Source: Candidatus Andersenbacteria bacterium RIFCSPHIGHO2_02_FULL_46_16
GTDB lineage: Bacteria > Patescibacteriota > Andersenbacteria > UBA10190
Reading direction: 5' to 3'
Assembly: GCA_001817065.1 (NCBI GenBank)
Contig: MHHQ01000009.1
Coordinates: 16,211-80,210, forward strand
DNA length: 64,000 nucleotides
Positions 39,174-48,403 of this stretch are shown piece after piece. A program made the translations under genes and the position numbers. Numbering within the stretch: position 1 is the first letter of the stretch; the number at the start of each line of letters is the position of its first letter. The notes beneath the pieces were generated by a model. It saw only the letters and a program-made list of their open reading frames with translations. It searched no databases and was not told the DNA's origin.

Positions 39174-39279
39174 GTTTAAAAACTTTATAAACCTTAACAA
39201 AACGATAACAAACTTAACACACAGATGGGATAAACTGATAAATATTTTCAATTTTTGAATTTACTTTTAATTTTATTTT

Positions 39280-40665
39280 ATGCTTAAACAATCAGATCCA
39301 GAGGTGTATGCCATTTTGAAGAAAGAAGAAAAGAGGCAGCAGGACAAGTTGTCGTTGATTGCTTCAGAAAATTGTTTTTCGCCAAGTGTCCGGGAAGCAG
39401 TGGGGTCTGTTTTTAGTCATAAGTATTCGGAGGGTAATGTCGGAGAGCGATATTACGAGGGGAATGAAAATATTGATCAATTGGAGCAGTTGGCAATTGA
39501 TCGAGCCTGTCAATTGTTTAAAGTGCCAAAAGATTGGACAGCGAATGTGCAAGCGTTGTCAGGCAGCAACGCTAATTTAGCCGTGTACTTGGCGCTGATG
39601 GAGGCAGGGGACACTTTAATGTCGATGTACTTGCCGGATGGCGGTCATCTATCACATGGATGGTCTTTCGAGCCGGATGAGAGCAAGCGAAAGGCCGATT
39701 TAGTGTCGGGCAGCTTAGTGTATTTGGGGGGCAAACGGAAGGTGCATCTGACATCGCGGCTGTATAAAGTAGTGCAATACAAGACTGAGCCGCAAACAAA
39801 GCTTTTTAATTATGATGAAGTGGAGAAGATAGCCGTGAAATATAAGCCGCGATTAATTATTACGGGAGGGACGGCATACCCGCGTAATATTGATTACAGG
39901 CGGATGCGCGAGGTTGCCGACAGAGTAGGTGCTTTATATTTAGCGGATATCGCCCATGAAGCGGGACTGGTGGCAGGAAGGGCGGTACGGTCGCCGGTCG
40001 GGGTGGCTGATGTGGTGACTATGACTACGCATAAAACACTACGAGCAGGCCGGGGAGCGATTATTCTCGCTGACAAAGGATTAATTGGCAAGATTAATCG
40101 CGGGTTACTGCCTGGCTTACAAGGTGGACCGCATAACCACAATATTGCTGGTATTACTGTGGGATTAGGAGAGGCGCTGCGCCCGGAATTTACCAAGTAT
40201 GCCCAGCAAGTTGTTAAGAATGCGAAGCATTTAGCCAAGGCGTTGGAGAAGCAGGGCTTTAAGATTGTGACAAAAGGGACGGATAAACACTTGTTATTGG
40301 TTGACCTGAATGATCAGCCGATATTAGGTAAAAATTTTGCTTTTATTCTAGACGAGGCAGGGTTAGTGACTAATGCGACTACTTTACCATGGGATAGTTC
40401 CCCGCCGCGGAATCCGGCTGGTCTAAGGTTAGGGACGCCATGGGTAACCACGAGAGGTATGAAAGAAAAAGAGATGGATATTATTGCCAGCTGGATCAAG
40501 CAGGTGATGAATATTGCAAGCTCGTGGTCAAAGTTAACTAGCCAAGAGTTAGAAGAGAAAGCGGGAGCGTCAATGGAGTTAAAAAATATTGCGCGGGCGG
40601 TTAGCAAATTAGGACGTAATTTTATGGATTTTCCCAAGAAAGGAATGGTAGCAAGGGCTATATAA
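39280..40665 (+). CDS. glyA: Serine hydroxymethyltransferase
   Basis: LIASEN, GGHLSHG, TTHKTL, LRLGTP. Confidence 0.95.
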   Translation: MLKQSDPEVYAILKKEEKRQQDKLSLIASENCFSPSVREAVGSVFSHKYSEGNVGERYYEGNENIDQLEQLAIDRACQLFKVPKDWTANVQALSGSNANLAVYLALMEAGDTLMSMYLPDGGHLSHGWSFEPDESKRKADLVSGSLVYLGGKRKVHLTSRLYKVVQYKTEPQTKLFNYDEVEKIAVKYKPRLIITGGTAYPRNIDYRRMREVADRVGALYLADIAHEAGLVAGRAVRSPVGVADVVTMTTHKTLRAGRGAIILADKGLIGKINRGLLPGLQGGPHNHNIAGITVGLGEALRPEFTKYAQQVVKNAKHLAKALEKQGFKIVTKGTDKHLLLVDLNDQPILGKNFAFILDEAGLVTNATTLPWDSSPPRNPAGLRLGTPWVTTRGMKEKEMDIIASWIKQVMNIASSWSKLTSQELEEKAGASMELKNIARAVSKLGRNFMDFPKKGMVARAI

Positions 40666-40793
40666 GGGGTAAAAGGTGACTAATTGTAGAAATTAGTAAT
40701 ATACTTACCATATGGTCTTGATAGTGCAATTAGATATTGTTTCAGACGAAATTTGGAGACAGTCGGTGAAAATTATGGAGGGGGGTGATTGTC

Positions 40794-41048
40794 GTGGATA
40801 ACAAGAGTCTTAGTTTATGGGCAGCAGTCTTACTGCTTGTGGGTGGTTTGGTGCATTTGATACCGGGACTGTATTCCGGTTTGACTGGTTTGACAGGAGG
40901 TTTCCCGTGGATTCAGGTCGTGGTAGGTATTTTGTCGGTGATTGTGGCTTTAGTCATGTTTGCAGGCGACAAGCAGGATGGTAATGAGACTACAAAAAAC
41001 GAACCAGAGAAGCCGCCAGTTGACAATAATATAAAAGTTAATGGATAA
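40794..41048 (+). CDS. Small two-TM membrane protein
   Basis: GGGGGTGA SD-like before GTG; two hydrophobic helices. Confidence 0.7.
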   Translation: MDNKSLSLWAAVLLLVGGLVHLIPGLYSGLTGLTGGFPWIQVVVGILSVIVALVMFAGDKQDGNETTKNEPEKPPVDNNIKVNG

Positions 41049-41147
41049 AACTGCCGGTTGAGATATGGGGGGGGCTGTTCTTCCTGGGAGATTGAATTAT
41101 CAGTACCTGTTTTCAAAGGTATTGATTTTTCTATCCTAGCGAGAGCT

Positions 41148-41244
41148 CCACGGGCGTAAGCCCGTGGGTGAGAGCCGTTCCGACAGCAGTCGGACAGGCA
41201 ACACCTGCTCCGTTGTGGTTAGAACCACGGGCGTAAGCGCGTGG
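41148..41244. mobile_element. Short IS200/IS605-type palindrome-associated remnant
   Basis: Two direct copies of hairpin ccacgggcgtaagc(c/g)cgtgg about 77 bp apart. Confidence 0.6.
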
Positions 41245-41444
41245 GTGTCTATAGGTGAGTTATAAAAATTTTGCTGGACAAACGAAATCTATGGGAACTT
41301 ACGGTGCTGGTTGGTGTTACGGTGTTGGCAAAGGATGTGGGGAAGGCACAGAACAAAAGGGATGGAAAAGAAAACCCCCGTGACAAATTGTCATAACGGG
41401 GAAAGAGAGCAAGGTAGACAAGTATTTTGTCTAGGGAAGGAAGA

Positions 41445-41648
41445 TCAATAGTTTTCGGACAAAATTTTTTGAGCCTCTAGACTAAGTAGTCGGCTGTTGT
41501 GTGGGCCTGGGCCGTAAGTAGGTTCACCGAATAACCCGATATGATGGTTCGCGCATGATTGAAGGTGAACGGGAAAAGTACGAAGAGGTATTGGTTGGTT
41601 ACAGATGTTGCACGTTTGAGTTTTGTCGTCCTCACTATTGTTGCACAT
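41445..41648 (-). CDS. 67-aa protein with C2HC (UBZ4-like) zinc finger
   Basis: CNIC-x11-HLQSC; GAGGA SD; hairpin at ~41375-41401 downstream. Confidence 0.6.
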   Translation of the reverse strand: MCNNSEDDKTQTCNICNQPIPLRTFPVHLQSCANHHIGLFGEPTYGPGPHNSRLLSLEAQKILSENY

Positions 41649-41812
41649 GAGATTCTTCCTCGAAGTTGGTGAAGGAACCATCAAGCTAAGTAAATTGTTA
41701 TTAGTGTAGCGATTAGAAAGTGACGTGTCAAAGAGGAGTGGTGGAGTGGTGGAGAAAAGTGATGTTACGCAGTGAGCGGCAATGATTTGGTAGGTGAAAA
41801 CAATTTTACTAA

Positions 41813-41989
41813 GGCGCCATCCAAAAATAACTTGGCCAGATCTCGTTCAATATGCGTCGAGATACGGCTTTTCCAATTGAGCGAACCAGGAGCCGTAGCC
41901 AAGCTACGGTGAGTGGTTCGCGATTGAAGAAAAGTCGTAGATTGGCGCATAGTGGGCGAGAGATGGTTAAGTTATTTACGGATGGTGAC
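41813..41989 (+). mobile_element. 177-bp fold-back MITE (family B) with TAA duplication
   Basis: taa|ggcgccatcc...ggatggtgac|taa; near-identical inverted copy at 60196-60372. Confidence 0.88.
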
Positions 41990-42037
41990 TAAGGCTGATT
42001 ATAATTTTATTGATATTACGGTATGCTAGGTTAGAAG

Positions 42038-42640
42038 ATGGCTAAGTTATCAAAATTTGAGCAGTGGTGGCTGAACGCTTGGCCGCACCGATTACATGTC
42101 CGGAGATTTGTACCAAAGTTTTTACGGGCGTGCCCGGAGCCTTTTCGAGGAGAAGTTTTGGAAGTGGGGGCGGGCAGCGGTTGGTCCTCCAGAATGATTT
42201 TAGATACTTTTCCACAAGTCGAATTGACTGCCTCTGATGTTGACCCAAAAACAAAGAGCAAATTTGAGCGTATACGGAGCAAGTACGGGCAGCGGTTGAT
42301 TTTCAAGCAAGCGGACTTAATGAGCTTACCCTTTGATCGAGAGTCATATGACCTCGTCTTGGCTATTCATGTGCTCCATTACGCCTTCGATTTACGAGGG
42401 GCAATTAGACAGTTTATTCGAGTATTGCGACCAGGCGGTTTGCTGGGTATTGGTGATTTTAATCCTAAGTATCAGCGCGGTATATTAAAAAAATTCTTTC
42501 CTACATCGTCTCTGCCCTGGCGCAAGATGATGACGGATATGTTGGTAGAGGAAGGTTGTGAAATCTTGGTGTCGCAAGGTGAATTACATTATTACATTTG
42601 GGCGCGAAAGCCATACCCGATAGAACCAAAGCGTGATTAG
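42038..42640 (+). CDS. Class I SAM-dependent methyltransferase
   Basis: VLEVGAGSG, ADLMSLPF, RVLRPGG. Confidence 0.88.
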   Translation: MAKLSKFEQWWLNAWPHRLHVRRFVPKFLRACPEPFRGEVLEVGAGSGWSSRMILDTFPQVELTASDVDPKTKSKFERIRSKYGQRLIFKQADLMSLPFDRESYDLVLAIHVLHYAFDLRGAIRQFIRVLRPGGLLGIGDFNPKYQRGILKKFFPTSSLPWRKMMTDMLVEEGCEILVSQGELHYYIWARKPYPIEPKRD

Positions 42641-42651
42641 GGAACAGAGTA

Positions 42652-42987
42652 ATGAAGTTAATCAAAAGATCAGAACTTGAGTGCGAACCCATCTCGCATA
42701 ACCCTGAGTTATTAAAGACGGTTTGGATAAGAAAGGGGATAATACGGCATTTAACTTTCCTGTCAGAAACAGAGATCCCGGCAGGAAAAATTGTGGCTTC
42801 CCATTCACATACAGATATGACTGAAGTATTCATTGTTACTTCAGGAATAGGATCATTTCAGGTCAATAAAAGTACGTATAATATTAGGGCAGGTATTAGT
42901 GTGGTGATAGAGCCGGGTGAGACACATACGATTGAAAATACCGGGCGGGACCCATTAAAGATGACCTATTTTGGCATTGCTTATTAG
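42652..42987 (+). CDS. Cupin domain protein
   Basis: HSHTDMTEVFIV.SG, IEPGETH. Confidence 0.85.
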   Translation: MKLIKRSELECEPISHNPELLKTVWIRKGIIRHLTFLSETEIPAGKIVASHSHTDMTEVFIVTSGIGSFQVNKSTYNIRAGISVVIEPGETHTIENTGRDPLKMTYFGIAY

Positions 42988-43114
42988 CTGAGTGAGGGCC
43001 AGTAAGTGTTGCGGCAGGTTTGGTATAATCGGTCTGTTTTGGTATTTACGGGCAACAAAACACAACAAAACACGCTATTGACTATGGCGATCGCTTGTCG
43101 CATGCTGCTAAGTT

Positions 43115-44626
43115 ATGGCAATCGCATATAAAATAAGTTCTGTACGGCCGGTCAAGGCAGAAGTTGAGGTGTTAGCAATACCGCGGCAAGACGTAAAGTC
43201 ACAATGGGTGGGGTGGCCGAAGAAAGCGGTTGATAAATTAAAGAAAGAATTGCGTCGCCGCGGGTGGCAAGCACAATGGAGCCAAGTAGAAATTCTAGCT
43301 GAGGCAAAAGTAGGTCGCGCGACGCTTTTGGCCATGATTGGTTTAGGCCAGAATGAGAATAGCGCGCGACAACAGGAAGCCTTGCGACGCGGTATGGCCA
43401 GTGTGGTTAGTGAAGCAGGCCGGCTGGGTTTAAGAACAGTAGGGATTGATTTGTTGAGTAATAGTCTGGGGGCAGACATGGCAGCAGCAGCGGTAGAAGG
43501 AATAGAAATGGTTAGTTATGGTTTTACTGCCTATTCACGTAAGCTTGCTAAAAAACAGAAGAAAAGTAGTATCAACCAAGTAGTGCTGTTGTGTCGCGAG
43601 GAACAAGCAATGGCGGTGCGTCGAGCAGTTCAGCAGACCAAGCAGTTAATGAAAGGAGTGGAGTTAGCTAGGGATCTGGTTAATAAACCGGCCGGGGATA
43701 TGTCGCCAGTCAAATTGGCTAAGGAGGCGCAAGGGATAGCGAGGAGGTCTAAACTGATTAATGTTAATATCTTAAACCGTGAACAAGCACGGCGGGAAAA
43801 GTTCAACGCCTTTTTGGCTGTGGCGGGTGGGTCGGCCGAAGAGCCTTGTGTTATTCACCTCAAATATGTACCGATCGCCGGAAACAATAAGAGAAAGAAA
43901 TTATGGGTAGTAGGCAAAGGAGTTACTTTTGATTCCGGAGGTTTGAGTATTAAACCGGCGGAGCATATGGAGTTGATGAAAAGCGATATGGCTGGGGCGG
44001 CAGCAGTGTTAGGTTTATTTGCGGTATTGGAACGAATGGCGTTGGATGTGGAAGTTCATGGCTTGATAGCGGCCTGTGAAAATATGCCTTCTGGCACGGC
44101 TTATCGTCCGGGTGATGTCTTAACCGCCTTGAATGGAAAAACAATTGAGGTATTAAATACGGATGCGGAAGGGCGAATTACGTTGGCAGATGCGTTATCT
44201 TTTGCAGCGAAGAGTGAACCAAACGCCATTATCGATCTGGCCACATTAACTGGGGCCTGTCTGGTAGCATTGGGGGAAACGGTGGCTGGGTTATGGAGCA
44301 ATAATGAGGAATTAAAGCAAAAAGTAGTGCAAGCAGCCAACCAAACGGGGGAGAGAGTAGAAACAATGCCTATGCCTGAGGAGTATGAAAGTAAGCTAGA
44401 TAGTCCCATTGCTGATATGCAGAATATACCCAGTTCTCGCTATGGTGGGGCTATATCTGCCGCGATGTTCTTACGTGAATTTGTCGGAGATGTGCCGTGG
44501 GCACATTTGGATATTGCTGGTCCATCGTATGTGGAGCAGCGGTATTTGACTTATTGGAATCGAGGGGCCACTGGTTATGGTGTCAGGTTATTAGTGCGCC
44601 TGTTGGAGGATATTGCGGCGAAGTAA
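43115..44626 (+). CDS. pepA: Leucyl aminopeptidase (M17)
   Basis: GKGVTFDSGG, MKSDMAG, NTDAEGR, DLATLTG, HLDIAG. Confidence 0.95.
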   Translation: MAIAYKISSVRPVKAEVEVLAIPRQDVKSQWVGWPKKAVDKLKKELRRRGWQAQWSQVEILAEAKVGRATLLAMIGLGQNENSARQQEALRRGMASVVSEAGRLGLRTVGIDLLSNSLGADMAAAAVEGIEMVSYGFTAYSRKLAKKQKKSSINQVVLLCREEQAMAVRRAVQQTKQLMKGVELARDLVNKPAGDMSPVKLAKEAQGIARRSKLINVNILNREQARREKFNAFLAVAGGSAEEPCVIHLKYVPIAGNNKRKKLWVVGKGVTFDSGGLSIKPAEHMELMKSDMAGAAAVLGLFAVLERMALDVEVHGLIAACENMPSGTAYRPGDVLTALNGKTIEVLNTDAEGRITLADALSFAAKSEPNAIIDLATLTGACLVALGETVAGLWSNNEELKQKVVQAANQTGERVETMPMPEEYESKLDSPIADMQNIPSSRYGGAISAAMFLREFVGDVPWAHLDIAGPSYVEQRYLTYWNRGATGYGVRLLVRLLEDIAAK

Positions 44627-44642
44627 GAGGGAATGTGTATGA

Positions 44643-45452
44643 TTAGGCTGATTTAATCAGAGGGCGTAATAACAAAGAGATTATAAATAGAACGGAACCG
44701 ACTAATACCACCGTGGGGCCGGAAGGGGTGTTTAGAGTGGCGCTGAGAAACAAGCCAAAAACCATGGAGATTAAGGAAAGCGCGACACTTCCTGTGAACA
44801 TGCTAGTGAGCGAGCGGGTAAGGTTTTGTGCCGTGGCGGCGGGAATAACCAGTAAAGCGGTTACTAACACAACGCCGACTAATTTGATAGCTAAGGCTAT
44901 AAGTCCTGCCAGCAATAACATAAAGAGCAGTTCGTAGGTCTTGACGTTGATGCCTTCCGCTTGGGCCAGGTTAGCGTCAAAAGTAATGGCAATAAAATGT
45001 TTGCCAGAAAAAATAATAATAATTAGAGCGATCAGAGAAACCGCTACCGTAAGGTAAATATCGAACTGGCTTACAGCTAAAATGTCGCCAAACAAAAAGC
45101 TGATTAGATCGGATTGGTATCCGGGGGTAAGTTGCACCAGGATAACACCGAGCGCAACCGAACTTGAGAAAAGGACGCCTAATAAGGTGTCGAGTGGCAA
45201 CTTAGTATGACTGGCGGCGAGAGAGATGCCGATAGCAATGACTAGAGTGAAGATTAAGGCACTTAAGTAGGGATTGATATGAAGCAAAAGACCCAAGGCG
45301 ATGCCGGTCAAGGCTGCGTGGCCAATCGCGTCAGAGAAAAAAGACATACGTCTTAAGACAACAAAAACACCAACAATAGCCATCAAGACGCCGAGAATAA
45401 CACCGATGATTAAGGCTCGTTGGAAGAAGGGGAGGAGAAGTAGGTCAAGCAT
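44643..45452 (-). CDS. znuB: Zn/Mn ABC transporter permease
   Basis: RRMSFFSDAIGH, FLFGDIL, VGVVLV..LLVIPA. Confidence 0.9.
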   Translation of the reverse strand: MLDLLLLPFFQRALIIGVILGVLMAIVGVFVVLRRMSFFSDAIGHAALTGIALGLLLHINPYLSALIFTLVIAIGISLAASHTKLPLDTLLGVLFSSSVALGVILVQLTPGYQSDLISFLFGDILAVSQFDIYLTVAVSLIALIIIIFSGKHFIAITFDANLAQAEGINVKTYELLFMLLLAGLIALAIKLVGVVLVTALLVIPAATAQNLTRSLTSMFTGSVALSLISMVFGLFLSATLNTPSGPTVVLVGSVLFIISLLLRPLIKSA

Positions 45453-45599
45453 GAGTTAAATTATAACGTAAATAAAAATAGAAAATAATCCGTACTTGGA
45501 GAACGATGGGATCAACATAGGCCCCATGAAGACACTCGGCGATGTGTCTTCATTTGTTGGTAGGATGATTTGGAATTTGGTTTTTGACATGGGGATTTA

Positions 45600-45775
45600 G
45601 GCACCGCAACGAAATAATTTCTTAAGGTTTCGTTCAAGATGTGTCCAGCTATGGCTTTTTCGATTGAGCGAAATACGAGGCGTAGCCAAGCTACGGTGAG
45701 TATTTCGTGATTGAGAAAAAGTCATAGATGGGTGCAGATTGGGCGAAAGGTGGGAAATTATTTTGTGGCGGTGCC
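45600..45775 (+). mobile_element. Divergent copy of fold-back MITE (family B) with TTA duplication
   Basis: tta|ggcaccgc...gcggtgcc|tta; shares cgtagccaagctacggtgag core. Confidence 0.82.
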
Positions 45776-45779
45776 TTAG

Positions 45780-46526
45780 TTAACGATGGTCATGCAGGAA
45801 GTGTCCTACTTCCGTACCATACATACGCTGCAGGGTTTCGTTAGTCAGGACTTTGTGGGGAGCACCGGCGCAAAGCAGTCTTCTGTTTAAACAGAGTACT
45901 TGGTCGGCATAATTCATAACGATTTGCAGCTCATGACTGATGAGAACCATGGTTAATTTCTCTTCATGTTGGATGCGAGAGAGGAGGGTATAGATGGTGT
46001 CTTGTCCTTCGGCATCAATGCCGGCAGCTGGTTCATCCAGAAGAAGTACTTTAGGATGGTCCATTAGACTGTAAGCGAGAATAATACGCTGCAGCTGACC
46101 GCCTGATAAAACACTAAGTCGACTGTTGATCAAGTGCCTAGTATTAGTTTTTGCAAGGAGGTCGTGCATATGTCGTTTTTCGATGGGGCTTAAACCCAGG
46201 GGGCGTGGTGATTTTAGAGAAAAGAGACCGGCTACAGTCAATGGGAACTGGTGGTCAATGTTGATGTATTGAGGGATATAGGAAACTAAGGGAGCGATTT
46301 TGTGATATTGGTCATGGTTGGTATCCATTATTTCGACCGTCCCGCTTTGTTTAGGCAACAGATTTAAGATGCATTTGATCAGAACGGATTTGCCGGCACC
46401 ATTAGGTCCAATAATAGCGGTAACTGAGCCAATGGGCACTTGAAAAGATATACCATCGATAATGCGGTGTTTGTCCAGCTCCACAACTAAGTTTTGCACA
46501 TTTAACGCCAGGGTCGGGGTGGTCAT
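45780..46526 (-). CDS. znuC: Zn/Mn ABC transporter ATPase
   Basis: GPNGAGKS, LSGGQLQR, LLDEP, His-rich tail. Confidence 0.9.
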   Translation of the reverse strand: MTTPTLALNVQNLVVELDKHRIIDGISFQVPIGSVTAIIGPNGAGKSVLIKCILNLLPKQSGTVEIMDTNHDQYHKIAPLVSYIPQYINIDHQFPLTVAGLFSLKSPRPLGLSPIEKRHMHDLLAKTNTRHLINSRLSVLSGGQLQRIILAYSLMDHPKVLLLDEPAAGIDAEGQDTIYTLLSRIQHEEKLTMVLISHELQIVMNYADQVLCLNRRLLCAGAPHKVLTNETLQRMYGTEVGHFLHDHR

Positions 46527-46563
46527 AAAAAATAATTGTTATTCTTTATGTTACACTAAGGTG

Positions 46564-48297
46564 ATGGTGGATGATAATAATAAAAACGTATTAGTGGTTT
46601 TGGCGGAGCAGGGGCTGATAAAAGGCGAGAGTCAGATTAGTGACATCACGCAGCAATTAGATGGTGGTGCCACCCTTGACCAAGTATTAGTGGAAACAGA
46701 TTTGGTTGAGCCGGAGGCTTTGGCCAAAGTCAGAGCGCAAGTGGCGGGGCTGCCTTATGTGGATTTACGGGAGAAACAAATACCTAAGAACGTACTTGAT
46801 ATTATTCCGGAATCAACGGCACGCGGGCACATGATCATCGCTTATGAGCAGACTGATAACGTGGTACGAGTAGCTATGTCTGACCCAAGCGATCGACAAA
46901 TTGTCGAATTTATCCGAAAGAAGGTGGATCGACCAGTGGAGGTAGGTGTCGCATCGGCGGGGGCGGTGAGGAACACATTAGGTAATTATCAGGAGAGTCT
47001 CGAGGCGGAATTGGATGATGTGGTAAGTAAGGAACTAAAATTGGTAAATGAAATAGTGAATGATTTAGGCAAGGCAGCGGAAGACCTACCAATCGTCAGG
47101 ATTACTCAAGCAATTTTAAAACATGCCATAGTGGAGGGAGCGTCAGATATTCACATTGAGCCAACAGATAAGGACGTCATTATCAGATACCGGGTGGACG
47201 GCATTTTACACGATATGTTGGTATTACCCCGGGCAGTTTTAGCTGGATTAGTAGCGCGGATAAAAGTGTTGAGTAATCTGAAAATAGATGAACATCGGTT
47301 ACCGCAGGATGGTCGATTTATGATTGAGTCGGACGAATATAAAGTGGCTTTCCGTGTTTCCACCTTACCGGTGTTTGATGGTGAAAAGGTAGTAATGCGT
47401 TTGTTGGATGAGTCGGGTAAAAAGTTGAGTTTGGATGATATCGGTATTAGACCGGCCGCTTTAGAACTGATGCGACGGATTATAAAACGTCCACATGGCA
47501 TGGTGTTAGTAACTGGCCCAACTGGATCTGGTAAAACAACCACGTTGTACGCGGCCATGAAAGAAGTTAATACGGCGGATGTTAATATCAGCACTATAGA
47601 AGATCCGGTGGAATACCGAATGCCGCGGATAAATCAAACACAGGTTAAACCGCAGATTGGCCTAACTTTTGCTAATGGATTAAGAGCGCTGGTTAGGCAA
47701 GATCCTGACGTTATTATGGTCGGCGAGATTAGAGATGAAGAGACAGCTTCCTTGGCGATCAATGCTGCCTTAACCGGACATTTGGTTCTGACTACTTTGC
47801 ATACCAACAGTGCAGCTGGCGCGATACCGCGGATGCGAGACATGAAGGTTGAGGCTTTCTTGTTGGCCTCAACCGTAAATTTGATAATGGCACAACGGTT
47901 AGTGCGGAAATTGTGCGTGAAGTGTCGCAAGGAGCGAAAGCTAGACGCGCAGGTTATTGGAGAAATAAAGAAGGAGTTTAATAGTGAAGAAATTTTCAAA
48001 ACCTTAGTAAGGGAAAAAGTAGTGAAAGAGGGCTCAGGCTGGAAGGATGTTGTAATTTACCAGGCAGTGGGATGTAAGAGGTGCCACGATGGATATAAAG
48101 GCCGTATAGGGATTTATGAAACTATGGAGATAACACCGGAGATACAGAAGATGATTAAGCCAAGCGTAACAGCAGAACAAATAGAACAAGCGGCCAGAGA
48201 AAATGATGGCATGGTAAGTATGTTAGAAGATGGGATAATTAAAACGGTGGAAGGTACTACTACGCTGGAAGAGGTGCTTAGGGTAGCGCGAGAGTAG
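46564..48297 (+). CDS. pilB: Type IV pilus assembly ATPase (GspE/PilB)
   Basis: ASDIHIEP, GPTGSGKTT, RQDPDVIMVGEIRD, CVKC...CKRC. Confidence 0.93.
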   Translation: MVDDNNKNVLVVLAEQGLIKGESQISDITQQLDGGATLDQVLVETDLVEPEALAKVRAQVAGLPYVDLREKQIPKNVLDIIPESTARGHMIIAYEQTDNVVRVAMSDPSDRQIVEFIRKKVDRPVEVGVASAGAVRNTLGNYQESLEAELDDVVSKELKLVNEIVNDLGKAAEDLPIVRITQAILKHAIVEGASDIHIEPTDKDVIIRYRVDGILHDMLVLPRAVLAGLVARIKVLSNLKIDEHRLPQDGRFMIESDEYKVAFRVSTLPVFDGEKVVMRLLDESGKKLSLDDIGIRPAALELMRRIIKRPHGMVLVTGPTGSGKTTTLYAAMKEVNTADVNISTIEDPVEYRMPRINQTQVKPQIGLTFANGLRALVRQDPDVIMVGEIRDEETASLAINAALTGHLVLTTLHTNSAAGAIPRMRDMKVEAFLLASTVNLIMAQRLVRKLCVKCRKERKLDAQVIGEIKKEFNSEEIFKTLVREKVVKEGSGWKDVVIYQAVGCKRCHDGYKGRIGIYETMEITPEIQKMIKPSVTAEQIEQAARENDGMVSMLEDGIIKTVEGTTTLEEVLRVARE

Positions 48298-48403
48298 CAG
48301 TAGCGCGCTAATCAAGACTGGCACATTGTGTTAAGCTGGTGATAAATGGTGGAAATGACGGGCGGCGTAGGGTTTTGTCGTAAGGGTTTTTATAAGTAGG
48401 TTT

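Noticed and set aside
36247..40665. folC-thyA-folA-glyA clustering
   Set aside because: Coherent but ordinary thymidylate/folate cycle
46527..46548. AT-rich near-palindrome between znuC and pilB as a Zur box
   Set aside because: Weak match, immediately adjacent to the start codon, and no matching site found at znuA
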